Below, one piece after another: positions 8,515-18,895 of a DNA stretch of 64,000 nucleotides (the first letter of the stretch is position 1; the number at the start of each line of letters is the position of its first letter). The notes under the pieces were generated by a model. The model did no database searches. It was not told the origin of the DNA and saw only the letters and a list, made by a program, of their open reading frames with translations. The DNA comes from Terriglobia bacterium. GTDB taxonomy: Bacteria; Acidobacteriota; Terriglobia; 2-12-FULL-54-10. A program made the translations under genes and the position numbers. Where the stretch lies: assembly GCA_963666975.2 (NCBI GenBank), contig CAXVYR010000003.1, positions 1,088,001-1,152,000 on the forward strand, given 5' to 3'.

Positions 8515-10824
8515 CTAGAAGTCGAAAGAATAAGTGAGCTTGAGCTGTACGGAGCGGTCCTTCCGGGAGTCGAATACTGGCCCGAGGCGAAGGTCTTGGT
8601 CGCGACGACCTTCATTATAGATCAGGAAGAAATCGTCCCCGGGCCGGAAGATATAGTTCAACCGAAAGTTAACCCCCCAAAAGGAACGGGCGTTGTCATA
8701 CTGGATTGCGCTGCCGCTGGAATTGACGTTGTTGTATTGGATGGTGGTGCTGGTAAGCCATTGGTTGTTGAAGTTGTAATTTACGCGGGTGTCAATGGTG
8801 TGATCGGTAAATTTTCCTTGGGGAAAGCTGGCATCACTCAGTTCATATTTGATCTCCACAGACAACTGCTCACTAAGCCGCAGGCGTGGTTCGAGGATCA
8901 AGCTGTTCAAACGATCCCCTCCGAAAAAGCCGTAATGATAACGCCAAAAGACGACACCCGAGAGTTTTCTCGCTGGGTTGGCCATATAACGGATCCCGTT
9001 ATACCACCAACTGTAAGTCCCCGGAGGAATGAATACATCCGGCCGGATCTCGAAGGGTTCCCTCAGCCGTTCGAGGCGCGAATGCGGCGAAAAGAGAATG
9101 ACATCGCCGCTCTGAAAGCGGATCTCAAACGTATGATGGTTGACTCTCGTCTCGAGCTCATTCCTCTGGTTCATCGTATAGTCGGAGCGGAACCGGAACT
9201 GAAACTGGCGAATCAGACTGCTGCTGGGCCGAGGCTTAATCGCGATTTGCGGCGAAAATTGGCGTATATTCTTGCGGGGAACGAATCCCACATCGTCTCG
9301 GAAATTCGGATCCACAACGAGCCAGGTAGTTCCCAAGCGCAGGAAGTCGCTGTCCCAATCTATCGTACCGTTGCTCACCCAATTGTCACCCTTTACCCCC
9401 GGTGAGCTGGATTTCCCCAGCAAGCCTCCGATCGTGAGATGCTGGAGAAAGACAAAGTTGGCGTCCATGCCGTAAACCCGGTTGAAATCGCTGCTCCCTC
9501 CTTTCTCGCGGTTGATGAGGAATCCCCCTACCGTAGACCGCGACAACACATCCCGTTTCACGCGCATCACCCCGTAGTTGCTAGCGGGAACGCCTTCCGA
9601 CGGCAGAGCCTCGGTCTGGACATTCAACAGGCCCAGCGTGAGCCCTTGGAGCTTCCCAGTGATGCGGCCTCCAGCAACGATGGGTACAGGTTGTCCTCCG
9701 GCAAGGCCGATCCGGCGGCTGTGGAATAGCTTCATGATCGCCCGGTTTGACTGCTCACCCGTGGCAACACCAAACTCGTAGACGCCCGCCCCTTCCAAGA
9801 AGAACTCCCGTTTTTCGGGAAAAAAAAGCGAGAAGCGGTCCAGGTTCACCTGCTGATCATCGACTTCAGTCTGGGCAAAGTCGGTCCGCCAGGTCATGTC
9901 CGCCGTGAGGCCCGGCGTGATCCGATATTTCAAAACTTCCATCCCGATGTCGGAAGTGTTGCGCAGCGTGCTCCGGGACCGGTCGGACGTTTGTCGAAAT
10001 CCCGCCACCGAAAACGGCTTCACCCGCAACCGCAGCCCTGTTTCGATGTTCTCCAGCCCCTCCAGATGTCCTGCCTGGGAGACGTTTTCCAGATCGAAGC
10101 CGCGCCGGAAACCGTTCCAATACGCAAACTCATTCTTCCGCCGAATGACCCGTTCCAGGTCTAATCCCCAGCCCTGCCCATCTTTCTCGCTCACTCGCAG
10201 GCTCTTGAAGGGAATGGCGAATTCCGCTGTCCACCCCGCCGGGCTCACCTGAGAAGCTACATCCCACTTTTCGTCCCAGTTTTCGTTCACATCGTTCCCT
10301 TCGTCGGTAATCATGGCGTCATATTGGGTGCCCAGTGGATTCGTGCGGAACAGGAAAGCATTGCGGTGGTCGTGAAAGGTATCGAGCACGAGGGTGATGG
10401 TGTCGTCGTTTACCAGATTGTTGTCCCGCCGCCGCTCGGTAGCCAGTATTCCGTCGGCGCCGGCGTCATAGCAGATGACCCCAACGTATAAGGTCGTGGC
10501 CGTGTAGAGGACGCGGAACTCCGTCCTTTCCGTGGAGGCTTCACCCTCCTGCGGATCTTTCTGAACGAATCCCAGGGAGACCTGAGCTTGCTGCCATGCC
10601 GGCTCGTCGAGGCTCCCGTCCACATCCACCGGCAGTTCGATCTGAATCGCAGTGATGGTTCTTTTGCCGTGGGCCCCGGCTGCAATCTGGAGACCGCTCT
10701 GGGCGTGACTGGGAAATGCAGCGAGTGCGGAAAGCAGCGTAAGGATAAACAGAAGAAGCCATCGATGCAGGCTGGTGTTTCGCGCTGACAGAGCCTCATT
10801 CTTTTCAAACACCATTGGCTGCAA
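8515..10824 (-). CDS. DUF5916 / CBM9-like domain outer-membrane protein
   Basis: VDGSLDEPAW, GWTAEFAIPFKSLR, DFAQTEVD and FFPEKREFFLEG motifs; C-terminal aromatic YSFDF. Confidence 0.85.
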   Translation of the reverse strand: MQPMVFEKNEALSARNTSLHRWLLLFILTLLSALAAFPSHAQSGLQIAAGAHGKRTITAIQIELPVDVDGSLDEPAWQQAQVSLGFVQKDPQEGEASTERTEFRVLYTATTLYVGVICYDAGADGILATERRRDNNLVNDDTITLVLDTFHDHRNAFLFRTNPLGTQYDAMITDEGNDVNENWDEKWDVASQVSPAGWTAEFAIPFKSLRVSEKDGQGWGLDLERVIRRKNEFAYWNGFRRGFDLENVSQAGHLEGLENIETGLRLRVKPFSVAGFRQTSDRSRSTLRNTSDIGMEVLKYRITPGLTADMTWRTDFAQTEVDDQQVNLDRFSLFFPEKREFFLEGAGVYEFGVATGEQSNRAIMKLFHSRRIGLAGGQPVPIVAGGRITGKLQGLTLGLLNVQTEALPSEGVPASNYGVMRVKRDVLSRSTVGGFLINREKGGSSDFNRVYGMDANFVFLQHLTIGGLLGKSSSPGVKGDNWVSNGTIDWDSDFLRLGTTWLVVDPNFRDDVGFVPRKNIRQFSPQIAIKPRPSSSLIRQFQFRFRSDYTMNQRNELETRVNHHTFEIRFQSGDVILFSPHSRLERLREPFEIRPDVFIPPGTYSWWYNGIRYMANPARKLSGVVFWRYHYGFFGGDRLNSLILEPRLRLSEQLSVEIKYELSDASFPQGKFTDHTIDTRVNYNFNNQWLTSTTIQYNNVNSSGSAIQYDNARSFWGVNFRLNYIFRPGDDFFLIYNEGRRDQDLRLGPVFDSRKDRSVQLKLTYSFDF

Positions 10825-11027
10825 GGTGGTTTTTTTAGTCTGATAAATGGTTATGTCCCCCCCTCGCCATCCCGGACGAAGTGGAGCATCCTAGTCCGAA
10901 TTGCCGTTTTCAAGTCTGCCTTCCGTAGATCATACACCAGCCACCCTCTTATATCCAGTTCAGATTGTTATGGAGGTGGCATCGCAACTCTTTTTGGCCG
11001 TTCCGCTGCCTTGTCCGGTCTGTTTCC

Positions 11028-11563
11028 CCGGAATATCCATTTTGAGCTTCCTCTGACCCGAAAACCTATGCCTCCTGCCCTGTCGTGTCAAGCGCATATC
11101 GCCCTGGCCTCTTTGGGGTGATAGTGCGGCTCCTCTCTCCCAGATGTTCTCCGAACCGATCAGCCGGAAGGTCGGATTTTGGGAGACACGCTTGGCGTCA
11201 TTCATGTCTTCATATTCCGCATATTCCGCCAACCGGCTGTAAACCGATTGCCGGGTCAAGTCGGCTAGAGCGAACTTTGTGTTCTTGCCCCGCGAGTCGG
11301 TCAAGCGCTGCTTGATGAGTTCACCGAAGCCCAAATGTTCGTCCAGCTCCCGCACAAGAATCAAGCCGCCGCCGGAGGTGACCCGCGGTCCTTGAAAATC
11401 GACACGCAAAAACCTGTGGAACGTGGATTGAAAAGACTGATTTTGGTTGTCACCCACTGGGCGTCTGACTCCTGGTGGCTGTATTGACGCTGGAACCAGC
11501 ATGAATATTGGCGTCGGAGTTTAGTATCAGGTTTACTTCGGAATTTTAGAATGGAAATCCAGG
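11028..11563 (-). mobile_element. Internally deleted IS1380-family element (536 bp) with a transposase N-terminal fragment
   Basis: LRVDFQG.RVTS.GGLILVRELDE..GFGELI and RQSVYSRLA.YED.NDA motifs; imperfect IRs CCGGAATATCCATTTT / CCTGGATTTCCATTCT. Confidence 0.8.
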
Positions 11564-13117
11564 TTAAAAGTGAGCGTACTCCGGCTGCGCCCGTAAGATG
11601 TTCTTTTGCACCTTTCCCATCACATTGCGAGGCAGCTCGTTCAGGAAGAAGACGCGTTTGGGAACTTTATAATTGGCCAGCACTTCTTTGAGGTTCGCCA
11701 GAATGCCAGCTTCGGTCAGCCCCTTCCCGCCCTCTGCCCGTACCACCAGGGCAACCACCGCCTCGCCGAAATCCGGATGGGGCACCCCAATGACCGCTGA
11801 CTCGGCAATGCCGTCCAGCTGGTCCATGGCAGCTTCAATTTCTTTCGGGTAGACATTCAAGCCGCCGGTGATGACCAGGTCTTTGGCACGGCCCCCAACG
11901 GAGAAATATCCGTTCGGGCCGAGCTTGCCGAGGTCGCCGGTCTTCAAATACCCGTCGGCGGTGAATGCCTCGGCAGTCTCGGAGGGCTTTCGCCAGTACC
12001 CGGCTACCACATGATCGCCTTTCACCTGGATTTCACCAACCTCGCCTAGAGGCACTGTCTGGCCGGCATCATCCACGATGCGAACCAAAACACCTGGGAG
12101 CGGCTTTCCCACGGTGCCCGCGATGCGCGGCCCCTCCACGGGGTTAGAGGCGTTTATCCCCGTCTCCGTCATGCCGTATCGCTCCAGGATGGCATGGCCT
12201 GTGCGCTCTTGAAACGCTGAGAAGGTTTGCGCCAACAGGGGAGCCGAGCCGGAGATGAACAACCGGATATTGCTGCAAACATCCTTTCCAAAGCCAGGCT
12301 CATCGAGCAACCGCGCGTAGTAGGTAGGCACACCCATGAAAATGGTCGCACGGTGCAAAAGGCTGACAACAGTCTGTGCATCGAACTTGCTCAGGAAAAT
12401 CATCTTGGCGCCGCTCAGCAGGGCGCAGTGGCAGGCCACGAAAAGGCCATGGACGTGATAGATCGGCAGGGTATGCAGCAAAACATCTTGGGGAGTCCAT
12501 CGCCAGCAATCCTGCAACGCCAAACCATTCGCGGCCAGGTTGCGGTGGCTGATCATGGCTCCTTTGGGACGGCCGGTGGTCCCTGAGGTGTAGAGAATAG
12601 CGGCCAAGTCTTTTCCCTCACAGGGTACTGTGGAGAAGCCGGGCTGAGACCGTCTGCTCTGTTCCACAAAACTTCCGCCACCATCCCCGTCTGTTTCCCC
12701 GGCCAGTGTCTCCACCCGTTCAACGCCCAATTCCTTCATCATGCCCAATAGCTCGGGACCACAAATCACTGCGCTCGGTTCCGCATCGGACAGGACATAC
12801 TGCACTTCGTTTTTGCGATAGGCAGGATTGAGCGGTAAATAGATCAGGCCCGCGCGAAAACAAGCGAGGCTGAGAAACACCGCTTGCGGTGACTTCTCCA
12901 CCTGGACCAAAACACGGTCGCCTTTGGCGAGTCCCAGACCGGCAAGAACCGCGGCATATCGGGCGGTTTCCTGTTCGATATCCTCATAGGTATAAGCTCT
13001 TCCCTGCCCGGTCTCCAGGAAGACCTGAGAAAGGTCTGAAGGAAAGCGTCCACGGAACAGCGCGTACAGGTTATTGCTTCCTACTTCGTCTTTTGTGAGG
13101 CTGCGGTTTGACATCAC
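11564..13117 (-). CDS. matB: Malonyl-CoA synthetase (ANL superfamily)
   Basis: YTSGTTGRPKG, LPIYHVHGLFVA, GVPTYY, ILERYGMTET and PRNVMGKVQKN motifs. Confidence 0.88.
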   Translation of the reverse strand: MMSNRSLTKDEVGSNNLYALFRGRFPSDLSQVFLETGQGRAYTYEDIEQETARYAAVLAGLGLAKGDRVLVQVEKSPQAVFLSLACFRAGLIYLPLNPAYRKNEVQYVLSDAEPSAVICGPELLGMMKELGVERVETLAGETDGDGGGSFVEQSRRSQPGFSTVPCEGKDLAAILYTSGTTGRPKGAMISHRNLAANGLALQDCWRWTPQDVLLHTLPIYHVHGLFVACHCALLSGAKMIFLSKFDAQTVVSLLHRATIFMGVPTYYARLLDEPGFGKDVCSNIRLFISGSAPLLAQTFSAFQERTGHAILERYGMTETGINASNPVEGPRIAGTVGKPLPGVLVRIVDDAGQTVPLGEVGEIQVKGDHVVAGYWRKPSETAEAFTADGYLKTGDLGKLGPNGYFSVGGRAKDLVITGGLNVYPKEIEAAMDQLDGIAESAVIGVPHPDFGEAVVALVVRAEGGKGLTEAGILANLKEVLANYKVPKRVFFLNELPRNVMGKVQKNILRAQPEYAHF

Positions 13118-13289
13118 TCGATTGACATCACTCAGCGGTCCGGCTATATATTGCAGAAACTTGCAGATTTTTGATTATAGGCGATCATCCTGTTCTCAGA
13201 CCAACGAAAGATCGTCGCTTCTTCCCGGAGAGATTCCGAACCTATGACGCAACTGTTGTGCGCAAAAGAGTGTTCTCTGCTATCCTGTC

Positions 13290-13733
13290 CGGCGGCGGTG
13301 GACGGAAAATTTCAGGTGATGAATCGATGAGAACAACCTTACCCGCAACGTTTTCGCCAGCGCCCCCGAACGCACCCACTGCTGAAAGCGGCGATGGCAG
13401 GTCTGGTACGGAGGATACTTCTTCGGCAACTCCCGCCACTGTGCCCCCGTGCCCAAAATCCACAATGCCCCCTTCAACACCGCGCGCGGGTCCTTTGCTG
13501 GTCTCCCTTTTCCATCGGGCCGCCGCTTCGACCGCAGGATCGGTTCCAGCAAAGCTCCCAGCGTCCTTGCATGGCTTTGCCCACTGCTCGTCGCTGATTT
13601 CCCAGCGTCCTTGCATGGCTTTGGTTTGGCGTCAAATCGCCAGAGCACCTTCAGTTTCCCTTAACTCCTCTGCCCTGGAACCCTCTTTGTTTTGTTCCTG
13701 TTGCGAAAGAACCATTTTTGAGACTAGCTCTAG
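13290..13733 (-). pseudogene. IS5-family (IS427-like) transposase remnant, frameshifted by an internal duplication
   Basis: WEISDEQW and GRP.KDPR.VL.G.LWILGTGAQWRELP..YPPYQTCHRRFQQW in different frames; repeated CCCAGCGTCCTTGCATGGCTTTG; end-like TTTTGAGACTAGCTCTAG. Confidence 0.75.
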
Positions 13734-13930
13734 TTCCAGCCAGCCGCTTTGTTTCCGGATGGAAAGGGTTACAGCAAAAGATTCACACCATTGGCTTAGA
13801 GTTGCGGTTGTTAATAGCGAGTTGTAGCTATTCCGGCGAGGTGGCAGCTCAATGGACCTGCCTCCCTATCGGCCATGTTGCCTCCTCAGTCGGACACCAA
13901 ATTGTTTTGGCTTCGGTACCCGGCTGGGTG

Positions 13931-15184
13931 TCACAGATCCCCTGTTGCGTGGCGGAGCATAGTCCTCTTCACTAGTTTCTTCAAGGTGAGCCCCTGCACC
14001 ACAATCGAGAAAATTACAACGGCGTAGGTGATGGCCAGAATCACGTCGCGCTCTGGACCCGGCGGAATGGAAAGCGCCAGAGCAACGGAGATGCCTCCCC
14101 GCAGGCCGCCCCAGGTCATGATGCGAACCACGCCAGGACTGAACGGCCGAAAAGAGCGCAGCAGGGTGATCGGAATCCCGACGGCTACGAAGCGGGCAAA
14201 GAGCACCAAGGGAATGATGAGCAGGCTCGCCAGCAGATAGTCCCGCGTAAAGGTGAGCACCAGCACCTCCAGACCGATCAGCACGAACAGCACGGCGTTG
14301 AGCACCTCGTCCACCAGCTCCCAGAAGACATCCAGATGATGGCGCGTTGCCTCCGACATACCGAACAGCCTGCCGTGGTTTCCGATGAAAAGACCCGCCA
14401 CCACAATGGCAATCGGCCCGGAGAGGTGGAGCGCGCCAGCCAGCCCGTAGCCGCCCGCCACCAGGGCGAGTGTCAGGAGCACTTCCACCTGGTAGTTATC
14501 CACGCTCTGGAGCATCCGGTAGGTCAGGTAGCCAAGCCCCAGCCCGAACAGAAGCCCTCCGATTGCCTCCTGCACAAACAGCATCCCGATATGACTTGCG
14601 CTGACCTCGTGGGTCCCGGTGGCCACCTCCAGGAAGACCAGAAACAGCACGATGCCTACCCCGTCATTGAATAAAGATTCTCCCGTGATTTTCGTCTCCA
14701 GACTTTTAGGCGCTTTGGCGGTCTTCAGAATTCCGAGCACGGCTATCGGATCGGTCGGCGAGATGAGCGACCCGAACAGCAGGCAGTAAATGAAAGAAAG
14801 CTCAATCCCAACCCATCCGAGCACCCACCATGCCAGCATGCCGACCAGCAACGACGACAGAAGCGTGCCGACCGTAGCCAGCGTACCGATTGTCCACTTA
14901 CGCTCCGCGAGATCATTGATGTCGATGTGAAGCGCCCCGGCAAACAAAAGGAAGCTGAGCATTCCATGGAGCAAGGTCTTGTCGAAGTCGATGCTCGCGA
15001 GCCAAGCCGCCGCCTGCTGTTCCACTCCGAACCCGAACCACCCCAGCAGGTTGAGTATCAATGACATGGCGAGCGCGATGAGCATCACGCCGATGGTGAC
15101 CGGAAGGCCGATGTAGCGGTGGTTGATGTAGCTGAAAACGGCGGCAAGCGTGATCAGAATCGCGACAATATTAGACAGGTCCAT
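13931..15184 (-). CDS. CPA1-family Na+/H+ antiporter (NhaP-like)
   Basis: LLFAGAL, ISPTDPIAVL, GESLFNDG and WGGLRGGISVALAL motifs. Confidence 0.9.
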   Translation of the reverse strand: MDLSNIVAILITLAAVFSYINHRYIGLPVTIGVMLIALAMSLILNLLGWFGFGVEQQAAAWLASIDFDKTLLHGMLSFLLFAGALHIDINDLAERKWTIGTLATVGTLLSSLLVGMLAWWVLGWVGIELSFIYCLLFGSLISPTDPIAVLGILKTAKAPKSLETKITGESLFNDGVGIVLFLVFLEVATGTHEVSASHIGMLFVQEAIGGLLFGLGLGYLTYRMLQSVDNYQVEVLLTLALVAGGYGLAGALHLSGPIAIVVAGLFIGNHGRLFGMSEATRHHLDVFWELVDEVLNAVLFVLIGLEVLVLTFTRDYLLASLLIIPLVLFARFVAVGIPITLLRSFRPFSPGVVRIMTWGGLRGGISVALALSIPPGPERDVILAITYAVVIFSIVVQGLTLKKLVKRTMLRHATGDL

Positions 15185-15694
15185 GGGATACCCTAAATCT
15201 TCAGCACGACCATTTATCTCCAATCGGCGGCGGCGAGAATCCTCCGGCACGTGCAATAATTTCCCAACTGGCAGAGGGCAAGGCTCGAGGGCCGGAAGCG
15301 CACCGGACTCAGGACATCATCGGTTTGCCCAAAGCCGACAGTGATGTGAGGCGAGAAGCGCGTAAAGCTCGATTGGGCCGGAAAGTTCTCCACCCAGGAA
15401 ATTGCCGCCTTGTCTATCGTTGTATTGGCTGTCGCGTCTGCCGCCCCATCTGCCGTCGCATCTGGCAGGGACGAGAAAAACATCTCCGGGCTCGCTGTGT
15501 AACTAAAGTACCGCGACAGACTGCTCATGACCGCTTCGTGAAGCCGCTGCAGCTCCGCCGTTCTTTCTATCTCAATGCTCAAAACGGTTCTGCCCGCCGG
15601 ACTCGCCACAGCATGCAGAGCAGTAGCTGTAAGATCGAGTCCGGGGAACTGCTGTGCCAATTCGCACAGAACAGTACGAATAAGAGGAATATCT

Positions 15695-17143
15695 GAAGGT
15701 GTCCCAAACTCAGTTGCAGGTTGGGACGGCGGGTTGAGTTCATATTACGCCACTTCCTCCTTGTGAGAGGAAGCAGCGTTTGGACTTCGGCCGAGAATCG
15801 ATGCCAAAGCCCAGAGATCGTGATAACCCATGATCTTCCGGAAATTCTTCTCGGTCAGCAGAAACGCTCCTGCCACCCAGCGCAACGTCATCTCGCCGTC
15901 GCGCCAGCGGCAAACATTGCCAGTCTTTTTCCGCACGCCCGACTGCGGGCTCTCGATGAGGTTCGTGGTTGCCAGGCAGCGGTGGAGGCTGGGAGGAACG
16001 TCGGCTCGATTGATCGTAAAGGTCTCCTCCAACCCTTCGCGCAAGCTGGCGGCTGCTGCCGGATGATCGCACTCGATCATCCCAGCGAGCTTTTTTATGC
16101 GCACGATGCCTTCCTCGGCTTGGGGCAATCGCCAGGCGGCGCGCATCAGCGACCGCACCTGATTCGCCAGCATTTTGTCGCCCTTTGGTAACCGCTCAGC
16201 CACGTTGCGCAGCTTATGAGTACGGCAACGCTGCACCAGCTGATTGCTGCCGAATACTTCCTCGATCCCCGCGCGGAGCGCTTTGGCGCCGTCGATCACA
16301 AACAGATAGCGCTGATCCGTGCGCAAACCTTGCTGGCGCAGGCGGGTGAGAAGGTCTTTCACCGCAGCGGCGTTTTCGGTCGCGCCCAGTTGAATCCCCA
16401 GCACATGCTTGCGGCCCTCGCTGTCCACGCCCACGGCGCTGATGACGTGGTGGGAGCCGAACCGCATTCCGTCCAGGTAAATCACCAGAATCTCGACCTC
16501 CTCCCAGCGCCGCGCCAACAGTTCTTCCAGCCGCCGCGCTCCTTGCTCGGCCTCTTCCCGGCTCACCTGAGACTTCGACACCCCAGCGCTGTTGGCCATC
16601 TCCGGGATCACCTCGCGGTAGTTCCGCGTCGAAACCCCTTTCAACAGTGCCTCGAACATCTCCTCGCCCGTCTTCTCGCTTTTCCGCAGTGCTTCGTAGG
16701 CCGGCACCGCTTCTTCCCCTCCGCCCTTCCGGCGCAGCCGGGGCCGCTCCACCCGCAGCTGGCGATCGGCCAGTTTCACCCTCCCCAATTGCCGGCCATG
16801 CCAGCGCACCTCTCCGCTCGCCTTCCCGGGACTCTTTGGCCCCGCGATTTGCTCTGCGCTCATGCTCAGAATCGTTTCAATCAAACCTCGCCCGGCCCGA
16901 TCAATCACCTCATCCACCGCCAGACGCGCCTCCGTGATCAGATCCACCACCGGCAACAGCATCTGTCCGTTGGTTTGGCAAAACTTCTGGATGGTTTCTT
17001 CGGCTCCCTTGGAACCCAGTTCCAAAACGTGATATTTTCCCTTCATTCGGCGGTTCTCCTTCTATAGGATTTAGGCTTGGCCCGATTCTATTCGATTCGG
17101 GCCGAACCGCCGTTCAACCTTCAACTATGTATGGGACACCCTC
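15695..17143 (-). mobile_element. IS256-family insertion sequence, complete
   Basis: IRs GAAGGTGTCCCAAACTCAGTTG / GAGGGTGTCCCATACATAGTTG; 8-bp TSD GAATATCT (15687-15694, 17144-17151). Confidence 0.92.
15745..17046 (-). CDS. IS256-family transposase
   Basis: GVSTRNY, IYLDG, VIDGAKAL, QRCRTHKLRN and TTNLIES motifs. Confidence 0.92.
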   Translation of the reverse strand: MKGKYHVLELGSKGAEETIQKFCQTNGQMLLPVVDLITEARLAVDEVIDRAGRGLIETILSMSAEQIAGPKSPGKASGEVRWHGRQLGRVKLADRQLRVERPRLRRKGGGEEAVPAYEALRKSEKTGEEMFEALLKGVSTRNYREVIPEMANSAGVSKSQVSREEAEQGARRLEELLARRWEEVEILVIYLDGMRFGSHHVISAVGVDSEGRKHVLGIQLGATENAAAVKDLLTRLRQQGLRTDQRYLFVIDGAKALRAGIEEVFGSNQLVQRCRTHKLRNVAERLPKGDKMLANQVRSLMRAAWRLPQAEEGIVRIKKLAGMIECDHPAAAASLREGLEETFTINRADVPPSLHRCLATTNLIESPQSGVRKKTGNVCRWRDGEMTLRWVAGAFLLTEKNFRKIMGYHDLWALASILGRSPNAASSHKEEVA

Positions 17144-17385
17144 GAATATCTTCCTCCTCAATACAACCCATAGCCAAAGAAATGTGAGGCAGGCAGTCCT
17201 GCTTATTTAGGATCATTCCTTGACCGTGGTGTCCGGGTAAGCGGCGATTGAGAGCAATCACCTGGTCCATCATCGCTTCTGAGGGCAGCAGGACAACATC
17301 CACTGCAAGCTTCGCCATGAGGATGTGATTGTCTCACAAATAACTGCGGCCCGAATAGTCATGCGGAAGCGGGAACCGATTGCGC

Positions 17386-17748
17386 CTACGGTGGGAAGGC
17401 CTGGTCGATCTTTGAGGCGTCGATCTCTGCGGCGTCAATCTTCGCGGCCAAGATAAAATCGCTTTCCGTTAAACCATCAATTTTGTGGGTCCAGATCGTG
17501 ACTTCCACTTTTCCCCACGCGAGCAGGATATCCGGATGGTGCCCCTGTTGTTCGGCCAGTTCTCCTACGCGATTCACAAAACTCAAGGCTTGACGAAAGT
17601 CGGGAAACGGGAACGTTTTCGTGATGTGATGCTGTTCTATCACGCTCCATCCAGGCACCTGTTTCTGCAAAGAGGCAAGTTCTTCGCCCTGCAAGGGCGG
17701 GACCCCTCCGCGGCACGGGACGCAGGTTTTGTTCGCCAACTCCGACAT
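17386..17748 (-). CDS. phhB: Pterin-4-alpha-carbinolamine dehydratase
   Basis: CVPC, AEQQGHHPDI and WTHKIDGLTESDFILAAKID motifs. Confidence 0.9.
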   Translation of the reverse strand: MSELANKTCVPCRGGVPPLQGEELASLQKQVPGWSVIEQHHITKTFPFPDFRQALSFVNRVGELAEQQGHHPDILLAWGKVEVTIWTHKIDGLTESDFILAAKIDAAEIDASKIDQAFPP

Positions 17749-17927
17749 TGTTTCTATTGTACCAGCGCCGTGCGCCATTCCTACATGCCAACTGCGCGAA
17801 TCATCGAATAGGTTCAATGGTAGGATAGTAACTCTTCTCCGATTGCAGTAAGCGGCGAAATCTGGAGAGGCGGGATGGGACATATTCCCCGCTGGCCGGC
17901 TCTTCGCCCCATCGGACACCGAACATC

Positions 17928-18692
17928 ATGCCATTCGCCATCCAGGCCCTTATCTTTTTTGCAGCTGGCGGCGTCGCCGGGATCATCAACTCCATGGCGG
18001 GCGGCGGTATTCTTGTCAGCTTCCCGGCGCTGGTTTTTTCCGGAGCGTCGGCCATCGGCGCGACGGCCACAAGCAAGCTGGCGTTGCTGGTAGGCGGCAT
18101 GGGTTCGCTGTGGTCTTACCGCCGCGAGTTCGCCTCGCAAAAAAAATGGGCCTGGCGTTTCGGCCCTCCCAGCCTTCTCGGAGGTTTATGCGGCGCAGCC
18201 CTGCTTCTTTATACCGGCGAGGCCAGATTCAGGAACATTGTTCCTTACCTGATTCTATTCGCAACCACGCTATTCATCTTGCAACATAAAGTCTCGCATT
18301 GGCTGCAAATTGAAGCCGACACCATACAGCACTCGCGTTTCGGCCTTACCCTCGCCCTGTTCTTTCAGTTTTGCGTGGGCCTGTACGCCGGATATTTCGG
18401 AGCCGGAATCGGCATTCTGATGCTTGCAGCGCTCGGCATTCTCGGCCAGAAAAATATCCATGAGATGAATTCGCTGAAGGTGCTCCTGGGTTCCCTGATG
18501 AACGGAATGGCCGCGGTCTATTTCGGTATCCAGGGAAACATCCTGTGGACGGAGGCCCTGGTGATGGCGGCAGGAGCACTGGCGGGAGGTTACGTGGGAC
18601 CTAAACTGGCACGGAGGCTGGGCCCTGCCACAGTGCGTACGTTCGTCTCCATGGTGGGGCTCGGGATTGGGCTCTACTTCCTATTGCAGTAA
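17928..18692 (+). CDS. TSUP (TauE/SafE) family transporter
   Basis: AGIINSMAGGG and YAGYFGAGIGILMLA motifs; hydrophobic. Confidence 0.88.
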   Translation: MPFAIQALIFFAAGGVAGIINSMAGGGILVSFPALVFSGASAIGATATSKLALLVGGMGSLWSYRREFASQKKWAWRFGPPSLLGGLCGAALLLYTGEARFRNIVPYLILFATTLFILQHKVSHWLQIEADTIQHSRFGLTLALFFQFCVGLYAGYFGAGIGILMLAALGILGQKNIHEMNSLKVLLGSLMNGMAAVYFGIQGNILWTEALVMAAGALAGGYVGPKLARRLGPATVRTFVSMVGLGIGLYFLLQ

Positions 18693-18895
18693 CCCTGTAT
18701 GGCAGTAATCCGCAGCAGCAGTGTTTTGTAAGCGGGCCAAGCGCGCCGTTTCCCGAAGGCGCCCTTGGTAATCGAATGGAAACCAAAAAGCCACCAGGGC
18801 ATGCTTTAGCCAATCGCCATGCCAACAGCAATATTGCAAGCTGAAATTCCGCTTGTTATCATCTACGAGTATCTTCAATAATCGTCGCGGCGAAA

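Larger units (their letters stand above)
15214..17318 (-). pseudogene. 2H phosphoesterase (2'-5' RNA ligase-like) split by IS256
   Basis: Removing the IS and one TSD copy restores the frame (...EEDIPLIRTVLCELAQQ...); HISL and HITV 2H motifs lie on either side. Confidence 0.85.
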
